A DNA stretch of 58,682 bases. It comes from a virus (Duplodnaviria; Caudoviricetes). This document shows, piece after piece, positions 51,478 through 58,682 of this stretch. The notes under the pieces were generated by a model. The model was not told the origin of the DNA. It was given only the letters and a program-made list of their open reading frames with translations, and did not search any database. The stretch lies in the IMG/VR virus record IMGVR_UViG_3300012685_000005, positions 1 to 58,682 of that record, one strand, 5' to 3'. Position numbers and translations under genes: made by a program. Numbering within the stretch: the stretch's first letter is position 1; the number at the start of each line of letters is the position of its first letter.

Positions 51478-51650
51478 TGTCAATCCTCCATTCCCTTATT
51501 TATTTTTCGTGGCGTGAGTCGCACTATTTAACTTTACATTCGACCGTATAAATTTTACATTTCGCCTCGGCTTTCTAATCCTCACTCACTTGTTCATCTA
51601 TGTGCACCTATGCATAAGATGCGGTCGCGTTTTACCTCAGGGAAATAACA

Positions 51651-51857
51651 ATGGCCATCGACTACGTTCATCGCCGCGCGCCCCTGCGCCGCGGTCGCCG
51701 CGTCCCGTTGAATGTGAACATCTCGCTCGACACCTTGAAAGAGCTCAGCCGCATCGGCGAGGGCAACCGCTCCGCCGCGATCGAGGATGTGGTGCGCTGG
51801 TACAGCGAACACCGCGCGCGCGAACTTGCCGCCCTTGTCCCTGACCCAGTGACTTAG
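51651..51857 (+). CDS. Ribbon-helix-helix DNA-binding protein
   Basis: LNVNISLDTLKEL...NRSAAIE. Confidence 0.65.
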   Translation: MAIDYVHRRAPLRRGRRVPLNVNISLDTLKELSRIGEGNRSAAIEDVVRWYSEHRARELAALVPDPVT

Positions 51858-51869
51858 ACGCCGCCCGCC

Positions 51870-54080
51870 GTGGCGGTCGATTTCAAGCCCGTCGCCGAGG
51901 CCGCTCTGGCGATGGCGCATGTCCTGCTACCCCAATGGCTCGGCGGTGGCCGCAAGGGCCATGAGTGGCTCGGCGCGCGCAAGGCGAACGGCGGACCGGG
52001 CGACAGCTGGTCGGTGAACCTGAATACCGGCGTTTGGGCCTGTTTCAGTGGCGACGCCAAAGGCCGCGACCTGGTGTCTCTGTATGCCGAACTCAATCAC
52101 CTGAACCAACTCGCTGCCCTCAAGCAAGTCGCCGCACTCGTCGGCATCAACGATAGGCATGTCCCCGTCCTGCCACGCAGCGCCGAGCCCGCCACTGAAT
52201 ATGCCGCCGTCGATATCCCCATCGACGCGCCGCCAGTGCCGACGCGCGGCAACCTAACCGCCGTATACCGCTATGGCGCGGCGTTCGCGGTGGCCCGCTA
52301 TGAGGATGCCGACGGTAAGACGTTCTGCCCGTGGACCTGGCGCAACGGCGGCTGGCATGCCCGCGCGTACCCCGAGCCTCGACCGATTTATAACCTCGAG
52401 CTGCTCGCGAAGCACCCCACCTCGCCCGTGATGATCGTTGAGGGCGAGAAATGCGCCGACAGCCTCGCCCGCGCCTTGCGTAAATACGTGGTCGTCACGT
52501 GGGCGGGCGGCTCGAATTCGGTCGAGAAAAACGATTGGGGCCCGCTCGCCGGGCGCGACATCCTCATCTGGCCCGATGCCGATGACGCTGGCGCCAAAGC
52601 TGGCGCGACCCTGGCTGAGCTCCTGGTCAATGACGCCCAACACGTCCGCATCATCATTCCGACCGATCACAGTGATGGCTGGGACGCAGCGGACGCGATC
52701 GCAGAAGGGTGGGACGCGACGCGCATCGGGGACTGGGCGCGCGAGCATCTGCGCGTGGTCGAGAAGACGACGGAGAAGGCTAAGATGGCGCCGGCACAGT
52801 CCGCGCTGGCCATCGTCGACGCTGATTTTCTACCCGCGGCCGAGCGGGACGAGGACTATGAGTTCGGCTCGCCACCGCGATCGTCGATGGTGATGTGGAA
52901 GCAAATCGGGCTCGCCGCCGATTCCAAGGAAAAGCCGTATCCCACGCTAGCGAACGCTAGTCTTATCATGCGATTTCACCCGACTTTCAAGGGCAAAATC
53001 TGGTGGGATAGTTTCTGCGAACGCATCTATCACACGATGCACGGGCCCGTGCCGCAAGAGTGGAATGATGTGGATTCGGCGCGAGTTACCGCATTTATTC
53101 AACAGCAAATGGATTTACCAAAGGTCACGCTGAAATTAGTGCAAGAGGCCATTGTTCACGCCGCTCACGAAGTGCCGCGCAATTCGGTGCTCGACTGGCT
53201 GAACGGATTGACGTGGAACGGCGTTGAACGATTGGACTCCTGGGTCGGCGACTGCCTTGGAGTCGAATTAAATCCCTACACGCAAGCCGTGGGTCGCAAT
53301 TGGATCATCTCGATGGTCGCTCGAGCGTACAAACCCGGCTGCCAAGTTGACACCATGCCGGTACTGGAGGGCATCCAAGGCGAGGGTAAATCCTCTGCGC
53401 TCGAGATTCTCGGCGACCGATGGTACGCGGCCGTGGGGACGGCTTTCGGTAGTTACGATTTCATTCAAACCATCCAAGGTAAATGGCTGATCGAGATCCC
53501 CGACATGGCCGGGTTCGGACGCCGCGAACATAGCCATGTCCTTGCGACGATCACGACGCGGACCGATCGCTATCGCATGAAATATGGGCGCTTTGACCAA
53601 GATCATCCGCGTAAGTGCGTCTTTGCCGCCACATCAGAAACCGATGATTATCTTCCAGAAATGCGCGGATATCGCCGCTATTGGCCGCTCCGCTGCAGAG
53701 AGATCAATCTCGATGCACTGCGCGGCCAGCGTGAACAGCTCTTCGCGGAAGCTGTTCACGCCTGGCGCGAAGGCGCGAGCTTTCATCGCATGCCGATAGA
53801 GGATACTGCCACAGAGCAGCGCGCTAGGAACTCCGAGGACCTATGGACCGAGGATGTGCTGAGGTATTGTGAAACGCGCGCATTAGCGGGCCACCCGGTA
53901 CATCCCGCGAAGATTCTCACGGATAGTGAGATACACATGGAACGCAAGCATTTAGACCTCTCGGTCAAACTGCGAGTGATCAATATTCTCAAGGCTCACG
54001 GCTGGGTGTCGAAGACGATCGACAATCAGCGTCAGTATGTGAAGCCGCGACGAAACACCAAAGAGGATGGAAGTCCATGA
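51870..54080 (+). CDS. Primase-helicase (TOPRIM plus VirE/VapE-type helicase)
   Basis: VEGEKCAD, WPDADDAG, WDAAD; EGIQGEGKS, R-x-x-YGR, RRYWP. Confidence 0.9.
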   Translation: MAVDFKPVAEAALAMAHVLLPQWLGGGRKGHEWLGARKANGGPGDSWSVNLNTGVWACFSGDAKGRDLVSLYAELNHLNQLAALKQVAALVGINDRHVPVLPRSAEPATEYAAVDIPIDAPPVPTRGNLTAVYRYGAAFAVARYEDADGKTFCPWTWRNGGWHARAYPEPRPIYNLELLAKHPTSPVMIVEGEKCADSLARALRKYVVVTWAGGSNSVEKNDWGPLAGRDILIWPDADDAGAKAGATLAELLVNDAQHVRIIIPTDHSDGWDAADAIAEGWDATRIGDWAREHLRVVEKTTEKAKMAPAQSALAIVDADFLPAAERDEDYEFGSPPRSSMVMWKQIGLAADSKEKPYPTLANASLIMRFHPTFKGKIWWDSFCERIYHTMHGPVPQEWNDVDSARVTAFIQQQMDLPKVTLKLVQEAIVHAAHEVPRNSVLDWLNGLTWNGVERLDSWVGDCLGVELNPYTQAVGRNWIISMVARAYKPGCQVDTMPVLEGIQGEGKSSALEILGDRWYAAVGTAFGSYDFIQTIQGKWLIEIPDMAGFGRREHSHVLATITTRTDRYRMKYGRFDQDHPRKCVFAATSETDDYLPEMRGYRRYWPLRCREINLDALRGQREQLFAEAVHAWREGASFHRMPIEDTATEQRARNSEDLWTEDVLRYCETRALAGHPVHPAKILTDSEIHMERKHLDLSVKLRVINILKAHGWVSKTIDNQRQYVKPRRNTKEDGSP

Positions 54081-54298
54081 AGCCATTCAGAGCACGCGTG
54101 TATTTTTTGTACAACAACACGAAGCACGCCTTCCTATCGACGAAGGGAGAGTGGACCGCGGTGTTTTGGGAAGCCCAAGATTTCAAGTCGTTTTCGGAGA
54201 TCAATGCAGCGATGGATGGCGTATTGCCCGACAATGCTACGTTTGCTGACTGCGAGATATTCGCCACCCAAGGGATTTGGGTCAAACCGCCCGCCTGA
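54077..54298 (+). CDS. Hypothetical protein
   Basis: ATGA coupling. Confidence 0.5.
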   Translation: MKPFRARVYFLYNNTKHAFLSTKGEWTAVFWEAQDFKSFSEINAAMDGVLPDNATFADCEIFATQGIWVKPPA

Positions 54299-54344
54299 AT
54301 CGATTAGGCCAGTGTCGACGCGCTTCGTTTATGCTGCGTTGCGC

Positions 54345-54545
54345 ATTACAGTCTCGTGCAGTCTCAAACAGCACCATTCCTTTTCGTATCACGTATACCT
54401 ATCTCCGCGTCTCGACTTCTCATGTTACCTATGAGATTAACTGTAATGAGTGTAAGAGTGTAAGAAATAGAGCGGATTCAATGAGTTGAACGATACAGTC
54501 TCGAATGCAGTCATACAGTTCGCGTGGGACAATCTGTTACACTGA
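54345..54545. repeat. Short direct and inverted iteron-like repeats (candidate origin)
   Basis: TACAGTCTCG at 54347 and 54494, TGCAGTC at 54357 and 54506, TACAGTT at 54514; opposite-orientation ACTGTAA/AGTGTAA at 54440, 54449 and 54457. Confidence 0.5.
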
Positions 54546-55020
54546 TATATCAGCGCCTTCGCAGCGCAAGGGGTCGAAATATTATGGCCTCGACTCGGCC
54601 GCGAAAGTCTGGCGCGAAAACCCGCGCGCAACGCATCGCACCAAAGTTATACAACGCTGCCTAGGCAACTGTGGATAGGTGAGCGCGCGCTGTTACAAAC
54701 CGAGTGCATGATTTAGTAAGTCATTGATTAGTATAAGTATTATAGTAAATTTCTATTTGACATACAATACATTATACGAAGTTGCGGCGCAGTATGGCGC
54801 AGCTGAGTCCCTTCCTGGCCAGCTCGGCCTGGCGTTCTGTGGCCAGGTTTTTGACCCCTGGGTACCCCCTTTTTTCTAGGCGTTCGGGTCCCGATGTACC
54901 GGTACTGTGCGCCGCGACGATATACGAAAAATATCCTAAAACGGATCCCTTTTCGGGCTAGTAAAAATATCCCCACATAGTATGCTTGCGTCATGCGTTA
55001 AGCATACTAAGGAGGGATAA

Positions 55021-55650
55021 ATGAGTCAGGAATACAAGCCCAGGGTGAACCTAAAATTGACGCAATTGACGCATCGATTACTCAAAGTCTGGTGTGCGGA
55101 GCGCGATTTGACGTTACAGGCCGGCGCCACGCGGCTGATCGAGGAAGGGGTCAAGAGAAAGGTCGGCGCTGCCGCGGCGGCGGGGATGGTGGAGCGGGCG
55201 CCGGGCGTATGGGAATGGCCTGGTGCGCCCAATATAGACACGTCGGGGCTGTCGCCGCGTCCGGCGCCATCGCCGCCCGTGAGTCAGCCGAAGCCCGAAC
55301 GTGAACCGTTCCCCTGGGCGACGCGCGAGGATGCGCGCAATGGGACGGTCATGGTGGAGAGTTTTCGGATTCCGCTCGACTGGACGTGCTGGGATGGGGA
55401 TGTCGTGCGGACCCGCGCCGAGATGATCGCCGCCGGACTAGCGAATGACTTGGTGCCGTATGAGCCGCCGCCGTCGAATGGCGAATCGAATGGGGCGTCG
55501 GTGTCCACGTCCATCCGCTACACCCCTGCCACCCACGACATCCCGCGCGACTGGGTGAACGAGTACGGGTTGACGGTGGAGCAGCAGTCGGTGGTTGGGG
55601 CGGATGACACGTTGGAGTATGGGCCTCGGAAGGGCGGTGTTGCACACTAG
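55021..55650 (+). CDS. Protein with RHH-like N-terminus
   Basis: AAGGAGG RBS; VNLKL...HRLLKVWCAE. Confidence 0.6.
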   Translation: MSQEYKPRVNLKLTQLTHRLLKVWCAERDLTLQAGATRLIEEGVKRKVGAAAAAGMVERAPGVWEWPGAPNIDTSGLSPRPAPSPPVSQPKPEREPFPWATREDARNGTVMVESFRIPLDWTCWDGDVVRTRAEMIAAGLANDLVPYEPPPSNGESNGASVSTSIRYTPATHDIPRDWVNEYGLTVEQQSVVGADDTLEYGPRKGGVAH

Positions 55651-55682
55651 AGTAAAGTACTATACGCTGCGCTGGAACATGG

Positions 55683-56162
55683 GTGTTAAAGGGAAGTAGC
55701 GTGGTAGATAAGTGGAAAGGTCCTAGTCCGGCAAACGCGCAAAGATACATTGAAGAACGCCGTGACATTGTTGACGGAGGCTGCTGGAGATGGCGAAACT
55801 GTGTTGACAAGGGCGGTTACGGGAAAGTCGCTAGCAAACTAGCCCATCGGATTTCTTATGAGGCGTTTATTGGACCGATCCCTGAGGGGCTGACGATTGA
55901 CCATCTTTGCCGCAATCGCCGCTGTGTAAATCCAGCGCACATGGAACCTGTCACGAATAAGGTCAATGTCTTGCGTGGCATCAGTCCGTCAGCGAAGCAC
56001 GCAGCAAAGACGCATTGTGTTTACGGTCATGAATTGCTTGGAGATAACATTTACGTTGACCCGAAGGGACGACGGGTCTGCCGAAAGTGTTCCAGGAAGA
56101 GGGACAGCGAGAGATACTATCGTGATAAGGCTGAAGCGAAATGCGAGGAGTTGATCGCGTGA
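55683..56162 (+). CDS. HNH endonuclease
   Basis: CWRW, GYG, AHR, IDHLCRNRRCVNPAH...N; THC-x-x-GH...CRKC. Confidence 0.9.
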   Translation: MLKGSSVVDKWKGPSPANAQRYIEERRDIVDGGCWRWRNCVDKGGYGKVASKLAHRISYEAFIGPIPEGLTIDHLCRNRRCVNPAHMEPVTNKVNVLRGISPSAKHAAKTHCVYGHELLGDNIYVDPKGRRVCRKCSRKRDSERYYRDKAEAKCEELIA

Positions 56163-56374
56163 AGCGCCAACGTGATAAAAATCGCAGCGAGAGTATGTCA
56201 CTCTATCTTACGCCAGCATTGAAAGCGGAACTGATGGCAGAAGCCTGGGAAGAACAACGTTCGCTCTCGGATTATATATTTGGTCTCCTGCAGCGCCGCG
56301 GCAAATGGGCACGGAGCGTTGGGAAAGCGGGCGGCTACGATCTAGCTGTGCCAGCGCGGCCGAAGAAGGATTGA
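56159..56374 (+). CDS. Ribbon-helix-helix protein
   Basis: MSLYLTPALK...RSLSDYI; GAGGAG RBS. Confidence 0.6.
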   Translation: MKRQRDKNRSESMSLYLTPALKAELMAEAWEEQRSLSDYIFGLLQRRGKWARSVGKAGGYDLAVPARPKKD

Positions 56375-56421
56375 ATGGTCTACGCTGATCAAGTCTGTTG
56401 CCTTTAGAAGAGGAAGCAAAC

Positions 56422-57021
56422 ATGAGTAAACAAATATCAATAGTCCCTCGAATAGTCCGCGTAAGCGCTTTGGCCCTCTTACTTGCCGCGAGTGCTCACG
56501 CACAAACCTATGATGTCGAGATCACGATGGCCGGTATCGCCCCGGCGCCGGTCACCTTCTCGGGAAGCTTTACATTCGATACACAAGGGACTTGTCAGGG
56601 ATCGGCAGCATTCTGCCCAGTCGGTTCGAAGCCCATGTTATCGAACGTGACTATCAGTGATCCTTTGAGTATGGATCAGCCGAGTGGCCCAAGGGCATTC
56701 ACGGGCGGACTCGGCAGTGCCTATGGTGTGGAACTGATGGACACCTACTATGGTGTTCAAGGACAATCGAGCAGCAACACGTATCTCTGGTTCACTACCC
56801 CTAAGTTGCTCGGCAGCGAGACCCCACAGATGACCGATATCACGTTTTGGGGAGGCGGTCCGACGGGTCAAAGCTGCGGTGTAACGCCGGGCGTGACCTG
56901 TACCACTGCGAGTCTGCGCGTCGCCACTGCTGCAGAAATCGATTCCACCTCTGCGATTAGCGACCTGACGCTGTTACTGGGTGGATTGGCTGTGCTACGT
57001 GGAAGGCGGTCGGTGCTATGA
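56422..57021 (+). CDS. Exported protein with PEP-CTERM/VPEID-CTERM-like sorting tail
   Basis: Signal peptide ending AHA; C-terminal AEID-x6-LTLLLGGLAVL-RGRR. Confidence 0.7.
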   Translation: MSKQISIVPRIVRVSALALLLAASAHAQTYDVEITMAGIAPAPVTFSGSFTFDTQGTCQGSAAFCPVGSKPMLSNVTISDPLSMDQPSGPRAFTGGLGSAYGVELMDTYYGVQGQSSSNTYLWFTTPKLLGSETPQMTDITFWGGGPTGQSCGVTPGVTCTTASLRVATAAEIDSTSAISDLTLLLGGLAVLRGRRSVL

Positions 57022-57209
57022 CCGTCCATGGAGACCTTGCCCCGACCGCGAAGCTGCGATGGGTGAGCCGCGACGGCGCGCGCGTCCACGCGTCACTGCC
57101 CAACTTCGTTTTACAGCAATGGTGGGCCCAAGAGGTGCCATCCTACATGCGGTCGATGGCGGTGGGCGAGTGGCGGGATGTTGAGGTCGTGGTGGCCGAG
57201 TCCACATGA
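57018..57209 (+). CDS. Hypothetical phage protein
   Basis: LRW...LQQWW...GEWRDV motif. Confidence 0.6.
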   Translation: MTVHGDLAPTAKLRWVSRDGARVHASLPNFVLQQWWAQEVPSYMRSMAVGEWRDVEVVVAEST

Positions 57210-57829
57210 CCGACGACCTCACCCCCCGCCGCCGCGGCCGCCCGCCCAAGCAGACTCTCATCCAAGGGCCGCCGCCCGCCGCCCCCGAAGTCAAAGGCGC
57301 CGAGCGCGAGGCCCTCGCCTGCTGGTGGAAAGAGCGCATCCAGGACTTGGAGCGCATCTACGAAGAGCGCATCGAAATCTTGCGCACCGTGGGCGAGCAT
57401 CCCTCCCCTGTGTTCGCGAAGATCGTGCGCTACGACGGCGCGCTGGGGATACCGAAGACATTGCTCGCGAAGAAATTAGGCATGTCGGTGATCGCGTTGA
57501 CCCACCACTACGGCGATGAGTACGACTTGGGCGCGACCGAAGTGATCTCGCAGGTCGCGGCTAACATGGTGCGCATCGCGACATCCGTCACGGACCCGGC
57601 CGCATCGAAAGTGGGCATGCAGATACTTGAACGGCGTGGTGGTGAAGAGTACAAGCCGCCGGCCCAAAAGTTGAAAGTGGAAGATGATCGAGATAAGCCG
57701 CCTGTGATTGATTCGAGTCGACTCACTTACGAGGAACGCCAGCAGCTCAGAGAAATGCTGACGCGTGTTGCGGCCGGCGGCCAGGGCGATGCATTGCAAC
57801 CCGATGAAGAAGAAGGCGTGATCATTTAA
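57206..57829 (+). CDS. Terminase small subunit-like
   Basis: RGRPPK; HTH LAKKLGMS...HYGDE; ILERRGG; D-x-S-x-LT-x-EE tail. Confidence 0.65.
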   Translation: MTDDLTPRRRGRPPKQTLIQGPPPAAPEVKGAEREALACWWKERIQDLERIYEERIEILRTVGEHPSPVFAKIVRYDGALGIPKTLLAKKLGMSVIALTHHYGDEYDLGATEVISQVAANMVRIATSVTDPAASKVGMQILERRGGEEYKPPAQKLKVEDDRDKPPVIDSSRLTYEERQQLREMLTRVAAGGQGDALQPDEEEGVII

Positions 57830-58044
57830 TGAAGCCGATACCGATTGCCGCCGCGCGCCGCATCGCCGAAGACTACGGCTATGATCAAGTCGTGATTGTG
57901 GCGCGCAAAACGGAATCCGGAGTGGACGGTGAGCCGCACGGCGAGCACTGCACGACATACGGCATTAATAAAGTGCACTGCGACGTGGCCGCCCGCATCG
58001 GAAACTTTTTCAAGCACAGACTGATGGGATGGCCAGAGAAGTGA
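57829..58044 (+). CDS. Hypothetical phage protein
   Basis: IPIAAARRIA...YDQVVI...TTYG...C; coupled. Confidence 0.65.
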   Translation: MKPIPIAAARRIAEDYGYDQVVIVARKTESGVDGEPHGEHCTTYGINKVHCDVAARIGNFFKHRLMGWPEK

Positions 58045-58217
58045 GCCGCCCCCGCCTCGTCGCGCCCGCCACCCTGCGCCTGATTGATCGCTGGTTCGCG
58101 CAAACCCAGCGCAATAAAGTGCCGCCCGCGAAAGTCGTCGCTTACAAGTTAGGCATATCCATTTCGACGCTCTACAACGCGGCGAGCCGGCGGGATCGTT
58201 ACGTGGGCATTCCGTGA
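58041..58217 (+). CDS. Small HTH protein
   Basis: VAYKLGISISTLYN. Confidence 0.55.
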   Translation: MSRPRLVAPATLRLIDRWFAQTQRNKVPPAKVVAYKLGISISTLYNAASRRDRYVGIP

Positions 58218-58229
58218 CCGTCGCCGACC

Positions 58230-58682
58230 ATGGAGCATGAACCCTCAATTGGATTGTCGGACGACTGGTACACGCCGCCCGAGATATTTGAGGCGTTACG
58301 CATTCGATTCGATCTGGATCCTTGCTCGCCTGGACACGGCCATTGGGTCCCAGCGGAACGCATCTATACGATTGCCGATGACGGGCTCAAACAGCCGTGG
58401 GCCGGCACCGTCTTTATGAATCCGCCCTTCGGCGGTCGCAATGGGCATGTCCCCTGGCTGCGCAAGTTCATCGAGCATCGCGACGGCATCGCTATTGTGC
58501 GGGCCTATACGAGCGCTGGCTGGTTTCATGACTGGGTGCCGCGTGCGGACCTGATCCTATTCCCACGCGGCAAGACGAAATTCGTGCGCCCTGACGGGAC
58601 CGTCGGCAAAGCACCAGGCGCAGGGATCGTCATGATTGCTGTGGGCGAGTTCGCCACACACTCGCTTCGCAATAGTGGCCTA
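58230..58682 (+). CDS. Phage N6-adenine DNA methyltransferase, truncated by the window end
   Basis: Own translation: DDWYTP, FDLDPC, DDGL-x-x-x-W, FMNPPF; no stop before the end. Confidence 0.85.
   Translation, partial: MEHEPSIGLSDDWYTPPEIFEALRIRFDLDPCSPGHGHWVPAERIYTIADDGLKQPWAGTVFMNPPFGGRNGHVPWLRKFIEHRDGIAIVRAYTSAGWFHDWVPRADLILFPRGKTKFVRPDGTVGKAPGAGIVMIAVGEFATHSLRNSGL

Noticed and set aside
51478-51650. Defined promoter/operator upstream of the RHH and primase genes
   Set aside because: AT-rich with a TTTACATT direct repeat, but -35/-10 spacing is non-canonical, so no specific element was called

Overview
This GC-rich window looks like most of the genome of a tailed dsDNA phage, probably podovirus-like with a Gram-negative host. 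Bases 117-34433 (+) are a continuous morphogenesis and lysis block: GroES-like co-chaperonin, scaffold, major capsid, S74-chaperone fibre, three (Gly-Pro-Thr)n collagen-like proteins, Ig/GH5 and GH16/CBM carbohydrate-active proteins, a GT2-TPR glycosyltransferase, adaptors, a tail nozzle, a Nudix-insert protein, large ejection proteins and a tail fibre. The lysis cassette has an endolysin, holins, an embedded spanin pair and a PagL-like outer-membrane barrel. Bases 34430-45512 (-) are an early/accessory arm with a recombination trio, many small ORFs and a coupled vWA plus divergent PurA-like pair; the latter is not PurZ. Bases 45635-58682 (+) carry an HTH, SF2 helicase, VRR-NUC, primase-helicase, a candidate origin, homing endonucleases, a PEP-CTERM-like moron, a small terminase and a truncated N6-adenine methyltransferase. 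I saw no large terminase, portal, integrase, DNA polymerase, tRNA or CRISPR array. Best candidates for undescribed biology: (1) a glycosylated, Cys-anchored collagen fibre coat; (2) the vWA/PurA-like ligase module; (3) a recurring x-A-x-G-G-x-V tag on internal virion proteins that brackets a Nudix cargo domain; (4) PagL in the lysis cassette; (5) a twin-hairpin RNA leader before the capsid genes. All family calls come from reading motifs by eye; no searches were run.
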